DNA from: Myxococcota bacterium | GTDB lineage: Bacteria; Myxococcota_A; Polyangia; Nannocystales; Nannocystaceae | Direction: 5' to 3' | Assembly (NCBI GenBank): GCA_039194325.1 | Contig: JBCCWC010000010.1 | Coordinates: forward strand, 1 to 64,000 | DNA: 64,000 nucleotides | Translations under genes and position numbers: made by a program | In this document: positions 41,148-51,296 of the stretch, piece after piece | Layout of the letters: each line of letters starts with the position of its first letter | Position numbering within the stretch: position 1 is the first letter of the stretch | Notes under the pieces: generated by a model | What the model was told of the DNA's origin: nothing | What the model saw: the letters and a program-made list of their open reading frames with translations, nothing else | Databases searched by the model: none

Positions 41148-41461
41148 GGGTATGCCCCGGTGATCTTGCAAACGGCGTGCACGGGGCAGGCGCGCCCTGA
41201 TTTCGCGGTCACCGCGGCGTGGTGCCGAGACATCTTGGCACCCGTTCGCCTCCTCCGTGCCAGCATGTCGCCGCCCCGGTCGGCGGCCGGGGAGGGTCGG
41301 TCCGGCGGGCCACGGCAGTGACCGCATCGCGTCGGGATCGGCCGGGGGGTGGATCATCCGGCTTCGGAGCATAAGGCGGGGGTGGATCGGGGCCAAAAAA
41401 CCCGGAAGTCGCAGGGTTGGCGCGGTGCGCTCCGGTCCAGGAGCACGTAAGATCGCGCCAA

Positions 41462-42970
41462 GTGCCGGCCACGGACGATCGCTGGGACGTGTTGGTTGTC
41501 GGAGTGCGTGATCCGTCCCACGCCAATGCGGTGATGGTGGTCGCCGAGCTCGCCCACTATGCAAGCCTGCCACCTTCCGACGTGCAGCGCATGCTCGACG
41601 AGGGGGAGCTGCCCGTGCTCTCCAACCTCGACCGGGCCGAGGCGGAGCGTGCAGCCTACGAGCTCAACGAGCTGGGGGCGGTGGTCGATCTGCAGCTGAC
41701 CGATGCGGGCAGCGGGGTCTTTCCCGTGCTCAAGCCCGACGCCGACCGGCAGGTCGGGGTGGCGGTGGGGGGGCTCATCGACGACTCGGCGACTCCGCCT
41801 ACGGTGGGTGAGTCGTTCGGCGGTCTTCCCGAGGTCGAGCCCGACCTGGAGATCCCGGCGGCGCCGCGGTCCCGACCTACGCCGTCGCGCAACGATGGGT
41901 TGAGCGTGACCCTCGGCAGCGAAGTGCACCGTATGCCCACCGGCAATCACCGGCCGGTGGTCACGCGGGGACAAGGGCCCGAGCCGATCGAAGCTTCACC
42001 CTATGTAGAGCCGGCCCCGCGCCACGAGCTGCTCACCGACCATGGCCCGCCTGGGCTGGGAGAGGAGCCGATCCTGTCCCCCTCGCTCGGCGAGCGTCGG
42101 CCCGGTGAGTATGGGCTCCACAACGCCGATGTTCCGCATGCGGGTCGAGGAGCACCGCGTTCGTCCGCAGGAGCTCCCTACGAGCGCGGCGCAGGCCCGC
42201 ACGCTCCCAGTGGCCCTGGTGGTCGTCACTCGCCGGCGACGCCGAGTCATCCTCGGGCTCAGGCCCAAGCCCAAGCCCAAGCCCACGCCAAGCCTCGGGC
42301 CCAGCCCCAGGCCAGATCCAAGAAGAAGAGTCGACCCAAAATGGACGGGCTATTGGGTGAGGTCGGGCCTAGCGCGGTGCCCGAGTCACCCAAGTTGCCG
42401 CGGCGGCTCGAGCGAGCCACTGCGGCGGCCGAGCAATCGGAGGCGTCGCTGGAGCTGGATTTCGAAGCCGCGGGCATCGAGCGACCGCCCCCTCGCTTCT
42501 CTTCGCCCTCGGCCTCGTCTGCGGTGCCAGGCCCCATGCACCAGGCCGACCACAGCGCGGGCTCTATGCCACGCCGCACTCGGGCCGCCGGCATCGGGGG
42601 CTCCGGAGCATCCGCCGGCGGCTATTCCGGCCAGGACAGTCAGGACATGGGCGGGGTGGTCGACGCACTGCGCAACGACGGCGTGGCTGCGCTGATCCTC
42701 GGCTTGGGGGTGGGGCTCGTCCTCAGCATGGTGCTGGCGATCCAGCTGCAGCGTACCGACGTGCGCGACAAGATCCCTCCCCTTGAGGAAGAGCTGGCCG
42801 CGTCGCTCAGCGATCCGGCCGGGGTCGAGGCCGGAGACCGGCGTGAGGTTGATGTGGTGGAGGGCGAGCTCCACGAGGCCCTCGACGAGATCGAGCGCAA
42901 ATTCTTGCTGCTGTGGCTGGGGGTCGGGCTGCCGGTGGGGGTGCTGCTGTCGCGACTGCGGACGCTGTGA
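41462..42970 (+). CDS. Hypothetical membrane protein (small N-terminal domain, Pro-rich linker, two C-terminal TMs)
   Basis: Long GC3-rich ORF. The N-terminus LPVLSNLDRAEAERAAYELNELGAVVDL resembles an L7/L12 C-terminal-like fold. Confidence 0.7.
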   Translation: MPATDDRWDVLVVGVRDPSHANAVMVVAELAHYASLPPSDVQRMLDEGELPVLSNLDRAEAERAAYELNELGAVVDLQLTDAGSGVFPVLKPDADRQVGVAVGGLIDDSATPPTVGESFGGLPEVEPDLEIPAAPRSRPTPSRNDGLSVTLGSEVHRMPTGNHRPVVTRGQGPEPIEASPYVEPAPRHELLTDHGPPGLGEEPILSPSLGERRPGEYGLHNADVPHAGRGAPRSSAGAPYERGAGPHAPSGPGGRHSPATPSHPRAQAQAQAQAHAKPRAQPQARSKKKSRPKMDGLLGEVGPSAVPESPKLPRRLERATAAAEQSEASLELDFEAAGIERPPPRFSSPSASSAVPGPMHQADHSAGSMPRRTRAAGIGGSGASAGGYSGQDSQDMGGVVDALRNDGVAALILGLGVGLVLSMVLAIQLQRTDVRDKIPPLEEELAASLSDPAGVEAGDRREVDVVEGELHEALDEIERKFLLLWLGVGLPVGVLLSRLRTL

Positions 42971-43081
42971 GGCGGCGGTCTGCTCGAACGAGCATCGAGG
43001 CGCTCGGCTCTCGCCGGCGCCTCGGTGGATCATGCCGACTTCGACCGGGTCGAAGTCGGCATGGGGTCGGTCATGTGGACG

Positions 43082-44149
43082 CTACGGCGCGCCGACCCCC
43101 GGCAGGATGTCGGCCTCGCCGTTGTCCTCGGAGAGGTTGGGGTAGCCGTAGTCTTCCACCGTGCCGGTGATGTCGATGTCGAAGCCGCTCTCGGTGTTGG
43201 CGACCGAGGAGTTGGCCCACATCTCCACCAAGGCGATCAGCGAGCCGTCGTTGTCGACGATACGGACGCCGTCGTCACCGTTGCCCGCGAAGGTGCTCAG
43301 CGAGATCTTGAGGATCTCCGCGACCATGTCGTTCGTGCGGAAGTACAGGCCGTCGTCCAGGTTATCGATGGCGATGACGCGATCCACCAGCAGGGCGCCC
43401 ACCTCGTCTAGATCGAGCCCGTAGTCGTCGTTGCCCGAGAAGTTGTTGTTGATGACGTCTGCGGCGTCGAGGTCGTCGAACTCGAGCCCAGAGCCGCCGT
43501 TGGCGAAGGCCATGCAGTTCTCCACCAGGGCATACGCCGTGTCCCCCAGGTCGATGCCGTCGTTGCCGTTGCCCGAGGCCTCGCAGTCCGTGACGGTGAC
43601 CGAGTCGGAGTCGTTGATGTTCAGGCCGTCGCTGTCGTTGTCGTTGAACGAGCCGCCTTCGATGATCACATCGGGGATGTCGTCGGCCTCGACCCCTTCG
43701 TCCTCGGTGTCGCTGATGTTGACGTACTGGAGGTGCAGCCGGGGCGTTTGGCCGTAGTCGTTCTCCGCGTCGACGCCGTCGTCTCCGCCGACCAGCGCGA
43801 GGTTGAACAGCTTGACGTCACCCGAGATGATGTAGACGACGTCCGATAGGCTATCGCTCGCCGTGATCGTCGGCTGGCCTTCGCCGATCCCAGCGATCTC
43901 CAAGCCCGAGTCGTCCATGATCGTCAGGCTCTCGGTGTACTCGCCCGACCACACGGCCACGGTGTCGTCGCCGGGGTTAGCCCAGGCCGCGTCGATCGCC
44001 GCCTGGATCGTGGCCATGGGTGCGCCTCCGCTGCCGTCATTCGCGTCGTCGCCGTTGGTACCGTCTACATAGAACGTCGCCGCCGAAGCGCTCAGCGGAG
44101 CCGCCATGATGCAACCAACAACCAATGCCTGAATTTTCACGTTGCTCAT
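43082..44149 (-). CDS. Secreted right-handed parallel beta-helix protein
   Basis: Signal ASA; FYVDG..GDDANDGS...P.ATIQAAID; repeated N..DG(L/I) rungs. Confidence 0.85.
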   Translation of the reverse strand: MSNVKIQALVVGCIMAAPLSASAATFYVDGTNGDDANDGSGGAPMATIQAAIDAAWANPGDDTVAVWSGEYTESLTIMDDSGLEIAGIGEGQPTITASDSLSDVVYIISGDVKLFNLALVGGDDGVDAENDYGQTPRLHLQYVNISDTEDEGVEADDIPDVIIEGGSFNDNDSDGLNINDSDSVTVTDCEASGNGNDGIDLGDTAYALVENCMAFANGGSGLEFDDLDAADVINNNFSGNDDYGLDLDEVGALLVDRVIAIDNLDDGLYFRTNDMVAEILKISLSTFAGNGDDGVRIVDNDGSLIALVEMWANSSVANTESGFDIDITGTVEDYGYPNLSEDNGEADILPGVGAP

Positions 44150-44460
44150 CCTTGAGTTCTCTTTTCTGCGCCCCGACCAGTGCATCCTGCTCTGGTTCAT
44201 CGAGGGCAGTGGGGTTCGTAAGGGAGCCCACCGGTGATGTCAACTGTGCAAGCGCTTAAAAGTCAGACTCGCGTCATCCGAGGGTTCACCCGACTTGGCG
44301 TGGATGAGCGCCAAGTCGCATGACAACGCCTTGGATCGGTCGATGCGCATGAGTTCGTGAGATCGATCCGCTAGTGCCGTCGACCATCGATCGCCAACCT
44401 GCGCAGCCGACACAGCGCGGATCTGCTCGGCCACTCGTAGCGTGAACTGGGCATGTCCGG

Positions 44461-44820
44461 TCAATGTGACGGAGCCATACCCACGCCGCTGAGCATCGAG
44501 CCGAGCTTGGGCCGCTTGGGCGCGGCGACGATCGCCTCCGATCCACCGCCGAGATCCTCAGCCTCCATGACCAGCACCGTGGCATTTTGGGGCACGGGGA
44601 CCGTGGTGTCTTGGGTCGCTTCGGGCGAGTTGTCTTCGAAGGAACCCGGCTCCTCCGAGCTGATCTCGGATACCGGATCGGCCACCGCGACGGAGGGTCG
44701 AGTGTGCGAGCCATCGGCGGTTCCATCGGACGTCGCCGGTCCACTCGGAGCACGGGTGTGGGCGCATCCCACGATGGAGCCAGCGAGGAGGGCGAGCAGG
44801 GTTACGGTGGACCTGGGCAT
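44461..44820 (-). CDS. Small lipoprotein
   Basis: Signal peptide with lipobox IVGC. Confidence 0.55.
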   Translation of the reverse strand: MPRSTVTLLALLAGSIVGCAHTRAPSGPATSDGTADGSHTRPSVAVADPVSEISSEEPGSFEDNSPEATQDTTVPVPQNATVLVMEAEDLGGGSEAIVAAPKRPKLGSMLSGVGMAPSH

Positions 44821-45014
44821 GACCCGGTCCTTGGCCGGTCAATGGCGATCCCGTGATCGAGGCTGGGAGAAATTTCGCCCGCGCAATGCAACCGGTTCGA
44901 TTCACCGGGGTCGACACCGCGACGGGACGGATTGTTTCTGCCAGTCCGTCGAAACCTCGGCCGATCTCAGGCGTCGAGCAATACGTCCCCCCATCGCCGA
45001 GTAGACAAAACCAG

Positions 45015-46199
45015 ATGATCCGTCGTCGACTCCTCGTGGGTATCCTGGGCTGTGCGTGCCTGGGTGCCTGTGCCTCGCTGCCCGCCTCTTCCGCCCGTCG
45101 GGCGGCCCCCGGAGGTGACTCGCGGGCGGGCACGGGGCAGGCGGAGCAGGCGACGACCTCGCTCGGGGTGAACCCTGGATCGATCACCCTGGAGGTCAAG
45201 CCGGTCGGCGATTCGGGCGCACTGGCGCGGATCACGGGCCACTGCGATCTCGATGGCGTGATCGCGGCGCATGGCTCGAGCGAGCTGGCCAAGGGTGCGT
45301 GCGACCGCGACTTGGAGGTCGAGCAGGATCTGGCCGAGGGCCTGAAGATCTCCGGGGCGTCCGTCCTCCACAACGAAGCGCGGGTGCAGCACCTGAGCGG
45401 CAACACCGAGCGCGCACGCCAGGACTACCAGGAGGCGATCCGCCAGGACACCGAGGGCCGCTCACCCAGCGCGGTCTCGAAACTCGCCCGGGTCAACCTC
45501 GGCTTGCTGCACCATGAGCAAGGCGATCAGGCGGCCGCCGAGCAGCACCTACAATGGGTGCTCGGGCACGCGACCGATCCCGCCGTGCGCGGGGCGGCCT
45601 ATCACAACCTCTCCCTGGTGCTGCTCGAGCTCGATCAGACCGACGCGGCGCTCGACGCCGCCCAACAGGGCCATGCCCTGCTGCTTCAGACCCTCGGTGA
45701 CACGCACGGCTCGGTGGGCGCGGCCCTCAACGCACTCGGGGTGATCCACGCCGAGCGAGGCGAGCTCGACGAGGCGGTCGAGGCCCTCGAGGCGGCGGTC
45801 GAGGTTCGAGCGGCGGCGCTGGGGCAGACGCATCCGGCCACCGCGGCCAGCTATACCAACCTGGGGGTGGCCCTGGGTCGGCGCGGCGACTGGGACGCGG
45901 CGCTGCACGCCCATCGCGAAGCGCTGGCGATCGACCAAGAGGTCCTGGGCCCGGACCATGCCACGACCGCGGCCGACCACGGCCACCTGGGCGCGACCCT
46001 GATGGAGCTGGGCCGGCCTCATGATGCGCGGCCACGCTTCGAGCGGGCGCTCGCCATCCTCACGCCGGTGCGTCCGGACGACGATCCCGAGGTAGAGCAG
46101 CTGCGCGGGTGGCTCGTTGTCTGCGACGAGGCCGAGGCGCTCGCCCGGGCCAAGCCCACCGATCGTGCGCGGCCCGACCGGGCTGGGCCTATCCATTGA
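45015..46199 (+). CDS. TPR lipoprotein
   Basis: Lipobox LGAC; TPRs (NLG, LGQTHPATA). Confidence 0.82.
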   Translation: MIRRRLLVGILGCACLGACASLPASSARRAAPGGDSRAGTGQAEQATTSLGVNPGSITLEVKPVGDSGALARITGHCDLDGVIAAHGSSELAKGACDRDLEVEQDLAEGLKISGASVLHNEARVQHLSGNTERARQDYQEAIRQDTEGRSPSAVSKLARVNLGLLHHEQGDQAAAEQHLQWVLGHATDPAVRGAAYHNLSLVLLELDQTDAALDAAQQGHALLLQTLGDTHGSVGAALNALGVIHAERGELDEAVEALEAAVEVRAAALGQTHPATAASYTNLGVALGRRGDWDAALHAHREALAIDQEVLGPDHATTAADHGHLGATLMELGRPHDARPRFERALAILTPVRPDDDPEVEQLRGWLVVCDEAEALARAKPTDRARPDRAGPIH

Positions 46200-46215
46200 C
46201 GCGCTCGCCCGGCCG

Positions 46216-47124
46216 TCACGCGGGCAACGCACAGTAGCCGATCTGTTCGAGACCCCGCGGTGCGCTGCCCTCCTCGTAGTAGGGGGTGCAGACCTGCCCC
46301 GGCAAGCATGGCGGCATGGGGTCGCCGAGCTCGCAAAAGGGGCTACAACAACCGAGTGCCCCGGGGCAATCGGGGACCGAGTCGGCGGACGCGCAGAAGG
46401 TCCCCGGATCGCAGACGTTGATGAACTCGCACGGGTCCCCCGCGGCGCCCATGTCTCCCGAGGCATCGGGCGCGCACGTGAACTCATCCAACCGCGGATA
46501 GCAGGCAAAACCTTCGCTGCAGTCCTGGGCGACGGGGTGGCAGCGGGGTATGCAAAAGATCGGACCGTCGCTGGTGATGTGGCAGGTACTGTTCGGATCC
46601 TCGCAGTGGGGGTTGCTCGGGTCGCCCGTGCACAGCGCGAGGCAGGTCCCCTCGAGCGTTTCGGAGTTCACGTACCAACACACCGCTCCGAGCTCGCAGT
46701 CGTCGATCCCGTGGAGGCCGTTGCTCTCGACCATGCAGGGTTCGCCCGGAGCTCCCGGGTCCTGGGCGATCGGTACGCAGCGCGTTGCGTTCCAGGAGGT
46801 GCCTCCGTCGTTGGCCCAGGGGGCGCACTTCTCTCCATCGGGGCAGTCTTGTGCAAAAATGTCACACTCGAAGTTCCCTCCGATGTCGTACTCGGGGATG
46901 AAGAGCTCGCCGTCGTCGGACGACTGGGTCGTGACGTCACCGGAGGGCAAGGTCGTGGTGCCAGGGAGCGGCGGTGCGGTGGGGTCCGGGGTCACCGTCA
47001 TGCCAGCGGTCGTGGTCTGCCCCCCGTCATTGTCACTCCCGCCGTCCTGTACGACCGTGGGGCCGCAGCCGATGGCCAGGACTACTCCGAGAGTCACTAA
47101 CCGGCGTTTTGTAAGGGCCAACAC
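46216..47124 (-). CDS. Cys-rich lipoprotein (myxobacterial expanded family)
   Basis: Lipobox AIGC; CDIFAQDCPDGEKCAPWA...W...RC and CCSPFC. Start codon uncertain. Confidence 0.8.
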   Translation of the reverse strand: MLALTKRRLVTLGVVLAIGCGPTVVQDGGSDNDGGQTTTAGMTVTPDPTAPPLPGTTTLPSGDVTTQSSDDGELFIPEYDIGGNFECDIFAQDCPDGEKCAPWANDGGTSWNATRCVPIAQDPGAPGEPCMVESNGLHGIDDCELGAVCWYVNSETLEGTCLALCTGDPSNPHCEDPNSTCHITSDGPIFCIPRCHPVAQDCSEGFACYPRLDEFTCAPDASGDMGAAGDPCEFINVCDPGTFCASADSVPDCPGALGCCSPFCELGDPMPPCLPGQVCTPYYEEGSAPRGLEQIGYCALPA

Positions 47125-47198
47125 CCAACGAAGCTATCATAAGTTCTAATCATAAAAGTTAGTTTTACTGGCTGGGTTGAATGACCGCGCGAATTCGC

Positions 47199-48152
47199 TC
47201 AGTCGGCGGTGATCACGTCGAATTTCTCCGCATAGGGAAAGTCCGAGCCGAGCCGCTGGAGCTCGCTCATGATGTGCTGGTCGATCCTTGCTTGCTGCTG
47301 GCGGTCGAGCAGATCGCCCGAGCCGCCGACCTTGCCGGCGCGGACCATCGTGGCGCGCTTGGGGGTGAACAGCATCTGCGGGGGAGCGAACCGGCGCTCG
47401 TTGTGCTTCATGTAGGAGAACGAGCAGCGCTCGATCACTCGGGCCCGCTCGGCCGTGGTGAGCGACACCTTCATCGCCTCGGCTACCAGGTCCACGGTGC
47501 CGGGCAGATCCTCCTTGATTTCGGGGAAGCACAGCACGCGCACGTTGGGGCGGTCGCGCCAGGCCCAGAAGCCCGCGGTGTGCACGGCCCACTGCCCCGC
47601 GGGGAAGTCGGGGGTCATGAACAGATCGAGCCATTGGTCGAGCGAGATATCGTCGAAAAGGTTGAAGATGCCGAAGATGAAGTGATAGCCGGAGACGAAG
47701 ACGTCCTTGGGATCGCGGATCACCGAGATATACGTGGCGTGCTCGCTATAGGGCACGAAGTCCGCCTCCATGGCGGTCTTGATGGCGCGCCGGCCCGCGG
47801 CGCTTTGCTGCCAGGGCCCCGGGTCGCGAAGCGGCGTGATCCCCCAAAAGTGGGCCTCGGGCCAGGCCGCCAGCTGGTGGATGTGCTCGAATTCCGCCTC
47901 GCCGCGCCATGCGATCTGGGTGGTCATCTGCATCATCCAGTTGGTGCCCGACTTGGGAAAGGTGGCCACGAAGACATCGTGCTCGGCGGGCTCGTAGCCG
48001 CGAAACACCTTCGCCTTCTCTTTGTCGGCGTTCATGTGACCGAAGATCTTGCGCATGGCCGGCAGCGCCAGGCCGAGCCCGCGGGCGGCTCGCATCACGG
48101 TCGCGATGATGGTGTTGGCGGACCAAAGCGGTGGATCAGCGAGCGTGTGCAT
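47199..48152 (-). CDS. PAPS-dependent sulfotransferase
   Basis: 5'-PSB motif TFPKSGTNW, 3'-PB motif RDPKDVFVS, and RAGKVG. Confidence 0.9.
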   Translation of the reverse strand: MHTLADPPLWSANTIIATVMRAARGLGLALPAMRKIFGHMNADKEKAKVFRGYEPAEHDVFVATFPKSGTNWMMQMTTQIAWRGEAEFEHIHQLAAWPEAHFWGITPLRDPGPWQQSAAGRRAIKTAMEADFVPYSEHATYISVIRDPKDVFVSGYHFIFGIFNLFDDISLDQWLDLFMTPDFPAGQWAVHTAGFWAWRDRPNVRVLCFPEIKEDLPGTVDLVAEAMKVSLTTAERARVIERCSFSYMKHNERRFAPPQMLFTPKRATMVRAGKVGGSGDLLDRQQQARIDQHIMSELQRLGSDFPYAEKFDVITAD

Positions 48153-48198
48153 GGAATGCCTCGGGGTTTCGTGGGGGCGGGCGCTGATGGGGTCGGCG

Positions 48199-48702
48199 CT
48201 ACTGTGGCGTCTTCGGTGGCTTCGGTCGCTCGTAGGTGTCGGGGTCGAGCCCTTCGGGCCAGGCGATCCCCGCCGCGTCCAGGAGCCGACGGGTGCGCTC
48301 GAACGCGGCGGCGAGGCTCTTGACCGGCCTGAAGTTGATCTGGGTTCGGGTGAGGGCCAGCACCATGATGACTACGGCTCGCATGAGCGGCTGGCCGATG
48401 ATGGTCGAGCCGCCGAGAAACCCGTCTCCGTTGCGTCCATGGAAGCGGTCGAGGGCGTGCGCCAGGGCGCGTCGTACCTCGGGGCTGGGCCGCTGGGCCT
48501 GGGTAAGGTCACCCATAAGCACGACCTTCGTGCCCTCTTGCTTGGCCCGGGCGGCCATTCGATCGAGCCAGTCGATGAAGCGCTCGACGGACGGCACGCT
48601 GGGGTTGCCAAACCAGGTCGGGATCAGCACCGGAAAGTGCTCGGCGCTCAGATACACCGTCACTCCCCGCAGCTCCACGATCTCAATGTCGGCTTCGGAC
48701 AC
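48199..48702 (-). CDS. Hypothetical protein (STAS/SpoIIAA-like fold suspected)
   Basis: GC3-biased ORF with an alpha/beta pattern like common myxobacterial STAS-like proteins. Confidence 0.6.
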   Translation of the reverse strand: MSEADIEIVELRGVTVYLSAEHFPVLIPTWFGNPSVPSVERFIDWLDRMAARAKQEGTKVVLMGDLTQAQRPSPEVRRALAHALDRFHGRNGDGFLGGSTIIGQPLMRAVVIMVLALTRTQINFRPVKSLAAAFERTRRLLDAAGIAWPEGLDPDTYERPKPPKTPQ

Positions 48703-49011
48703 CTGCCCTAATAATAGCGATGTCGGGGAACCCCTGGGTGGGGCGATGTCGAGCCCTACGGGAACGGAGGGCGAAGCCGCTCGGCGAGTCGGTTCGCCGG
48801 CGTTGGCGGGTCCTCGTCGCTGGCCCCGAGGTGCCTTGGGTTATCTATGCCGACGCCGGCTCGGGATGCGCGACTGCGTCACGCCGTCGCCGAGGAGCAT
48901 GTCGCAGGCGAACTCCGTGCACGCAGTGAGCCCCGATAGGATTTGTGGCCCAAGCCCGGTGAGGTGCACGCGAAGGATTGATAATTGTCTCTTTCGAGAT
49001 AGAAAAAGGCT

Positions 49012-49635
49012 GTGGGGCGGACCGCCGGTACCAGGAATCCCGGCTACGAGGACAAGCGGCGCGCGCTCTGTGGAGCGGTAATCCCGCGGCTGCTCGAGTC
49101 GGGGTCGACGGCCAGCATGCGCGAGCTGGCGACCGCCGCGGAGGTCAGCGTGCCCACCTTGCGCCACTACTTTGGCGACCGCGAAGGGGTCGTAGTGGCG
49201 GCGATGGGCGAGTGGATGCGGCGCGGGCGGCCGTACCTGGAGGTCACTCGCCAAGCCACGCGCGACGGGCTGCGGCCGTCGTTGATGGCGATGATGGCCA
49301 CGCTGCTCGAAGGCTGGCGTCGCTTTGGTGTGGGGCGGATCTACGACACCGGCCTGGCGATGGGGCTGGGGCACGCGGTGATCGGGCCCTCGTATGTCGA
49401 TCACCTGCTCGAGCCGCTGCTGCAGGCGGTGGAGGGGCGACTGCAGCAGCATCGGGAGTGGGGCGAGCTTGGGGACTTCGATCTACGCTTTGCCGCGCTG
49501 AGCCTCGTCTCGCCCGTGGTGCTGGCGTTGCTGCACCAAGACGGGCTGGGGGGCAGCGGATGCCGCCCGCTCGACATGGAGGCGTTCGTCGGCGCGCACG
49601 TGGATGGCTTCGTGCGAGCGTATGGCTGCGGGTGA
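49012..49635 (+). CDS. TetR/AcrR family transcriptional regulator
   Basis: N-terminal HTH SMRELATAAEVSVPTLRHYFGDREG. Confidence 0.88.
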   Translation: MGRTAGTRNPGYEDKRRALCGAVIPRLLESGSTASMRELATAAEVSVPTLRHYFGDREGVVVAAMGEWMRRGRPYLEVTRQATRDGLRPSLMAMMATLLEGWRRFGVGRIYDTGLAMGLGHAVIGPSYVDHLLEPLLQAVEGRLQQHREWGELGDFDLRFAALSLVSPVVLALLHQDGLGGSGCRPLDMEAFVGAHVDGFVRAYGCG

Positions 49636-49646
49636 GGCGGGGCGCT

Positions 49647-51164
49647 CTACCGCAATCCAAAGCGACGGATCTTGCGCTTGAGCGTGTTGCGGTCGATCGC
49701 CAGGGCCCGGGCCGTTCCCGCGAGGGTGCCCTCGCGCTCCAGCGCTTCGTGGATCATGCGGCGCTCCAGCTCGCTCACCGCTTCGGCGAGGGTCAACGTT
49801 GGGCGGTGAGGATCGTCGAGCGACGGGCTCGATCGGGCTTTGGAGGGCTCGGGCTCGCCGCCTTTGTCTGTTCGTTTGGAGCTCGGCTCGGGGCGCAGCT
49901 CGGGGGACAGATCTTCCACCGTCACCTCGTGATCGCAAAATACCGTCCATCGCACGACTTCGGCGCGCAGCTGCCGGACGTTGCCGGGCCAGCGGTAGGC
50001 GTAGAGGCGCTGCCAGGCTGCTGCGGTGGGCCAGGGTCGGGGCCCTCCCACTTCGTCGAGGAAGAACGCGACCAGGCGCTCCAGGTCGCCCGTTCGCTCG
50101 CGAAGCGGGGGGACCGTCAACGTCGCGCCCGACAGTCGGTAGTAGAGATCTTCGCGAAACTCTCCCCGCTCGATCATGGCGTTCAGATCCCGATGGGTCG
50201 CCGCGATCACCCGCACGTCCACGTCGATCGGTCGCTCGCCGCCCACTCGCCGCAGGGTGCCTTCTTGCAGGACCCGCAGCAGGGTCACCTGGACCCGGGG
50301 GCTCATCTCGGCGACCTCGTCGAGGAACACAGTGCCCCCGTCGGCCTGCTCGAACAGCCCGCGCCGCCGACCCTGCGCCCCGGTGAATGCACCCTTCTCG
50401 TGCCCGAACAGCTCGCTGGCTAGCACGCCCTCGGCGAAGGCCCCGCAGTTCTCGGCCACGAAGGGGCCGCGGGCTCGGGCGCTGGCCTCGTGGAGGGCCC
50501 GGGCGGCCAGCTCCTTGCCGGTACCCGTCTCGCCGTGCACGAGCACGGGCACGTCGCTGCGCGCGATCCGGCTCAGCCGCCGCGACAGCTCGTTCATGGC
50601 CGGGCTGTCCCCCACCATCGAGCCCACCATGGAGCGATGCTCGGCGGCTCGCAGGCGGACGACCTCCTCTTGCAAGGCGCGGATCTGAGGGAAGCCGTCG
50701 ATGTCGAGGCGGACCTCCCGGATCGGCGAGGGGTGCACCGAGGGCACGAACGCCGGGGGGATCACCTGCAGCATGCGAGCGGGTAGCAAGCCGGCCTCCA
50801 CCATGATGACCCACAGCGTCTGCATCTGCGGAGTGCCAGCCGACAGACACACGTCGAGCGGCGCCGGGGGCAGCCCGTCGGTCACCCCATGGAGTGAGCG
50901 GAAGATCTGCCCGTGATCGGTCGGATCGGCGATCGGCAAGATCTGAAGATCAGCGGACAGGCCCTGGCGGTGTAGCGTGGAGACAAGCTCGCGCGCAGGC
51001 GGCTCGCCGATCGGGGAGGTCAGCACGCGAACGTGTCGGTACTCGACCTCGGAGTTGTGCAAGAGGCGTAGGATCGGGCCTCGGTCCGGTGAGCCGTGAC
51101 GGATCGTCGGCGCGCCTCGCGAGGTGATCGTGCGATCGGACCAGGTCAGCAAGCATCGCGGCAT
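49647..51164 (-). CDS. rtcR: RtcR-like sigma-54-dependent activator (CARF-like N-terminus, AAA+, Fis HTH)
   Basis: N-terminal ADPTDH and LSAGTPQMQTLW; GETGTGKE, GAFTGA, FLDEV, FREDLYYRL and WPGNVRQL; C-terminal HTH. Divergent from rtcB. Confidence 0.85.
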   Translation of the reverse strand: MPRCLLTWSDRTITSRGAPTIRHGSPDRGPILRLLHNSEVEYRHVRVLTSPIGEPPARELVSTLHRQGLSADLQILPIADPTDHGQIFRSLHGVTDGLPPAPLDVCLSAGTPQMQTLWVIMVEAGLLPARMLQVIPPAFVPSVHPSPIREVRLDIDGFPQIRALQEEVVRLRAAEHRSMVGSMVGDSPAMNELSRRLSRIARSDVPVLVHGETGTGKELAARALHEASARARGPFVAENCGAFAEGVLASELFGHEKGAFTGAQGRRRGLFEQADGGTVFLDEVAEMSPRVQVTLLRVLQEGTLRRVGGERPIDVDVRVIAATHRDLNAMIERGEFREDLYYRLSGATLTVPPLRERTGDLERLVAFFLDEVGGPRPWPTAAAWQRLYAYRWPGNVRQLRAEVVRWTVFCDHEVTVEDLSPELRPEPSSKRTDKGGEPEPSKARSSPSLDDPHRPTLTLAEAVSELERRMIHEALEREGTLAGTARALAIDRNTLKRKIRRFGLR

Positions 51165-51174
51165 AGGGGCGGCA

Positions 51175-51237
51175 TGGTGAGAGGTGCACCAGTGATGATG
51201 CATCATTCATCATCTGGAGATGGTGCATTGTTCACCA
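51175..51237. promoter_or_regulatory. Three inverted repeats TG(G/A)TG-N7-CA(C/T)CA: putative enhancer (UAS) sites
   Basis: TGGTG-agaggtg-CACCA at 51175-51191, TGATG-catcatt-CATCA at 51196-51212, and TGGTG-cattgtt-CACCA at 51221-51237. Confidence 0.75.
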
Positions 51238-51265
51238 TTTGGTGGAAAAGTTCAATGATTCTCGA

Positions 51266-51281
51266 TGGCACGAGTCCTGCT
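51266..51281 (+). promoter_or_regulatory. Sigma-54 (-24/-12) promoter of rtcB-prfH
   Basis: TGGCACGAGTCCTGCT has GG (51267-68) and GC (51279-80) separated by exactly 10 nt. Confidence 0.85.
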
Positions 51282-51296
51282 CTGGGGGCGGGCATC

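Noticed and set aside
46216..47124. Enzyme assignment for the Cys-rich protein (similar proteins are, as I recall, often auto-labelled ribulose phosphate epimerase)
   Set aside because: No TIM-barrel or epimerase motifs; it looks like a disulfide-rich lipoprotein.
51096..51296. Longer N-termini for rtcB (51096) and the activator (51206) from the ORF track
   Set aside because: They would overlap each other and the promoter/UAS elements; starts at 51297 and 51164 fit better.
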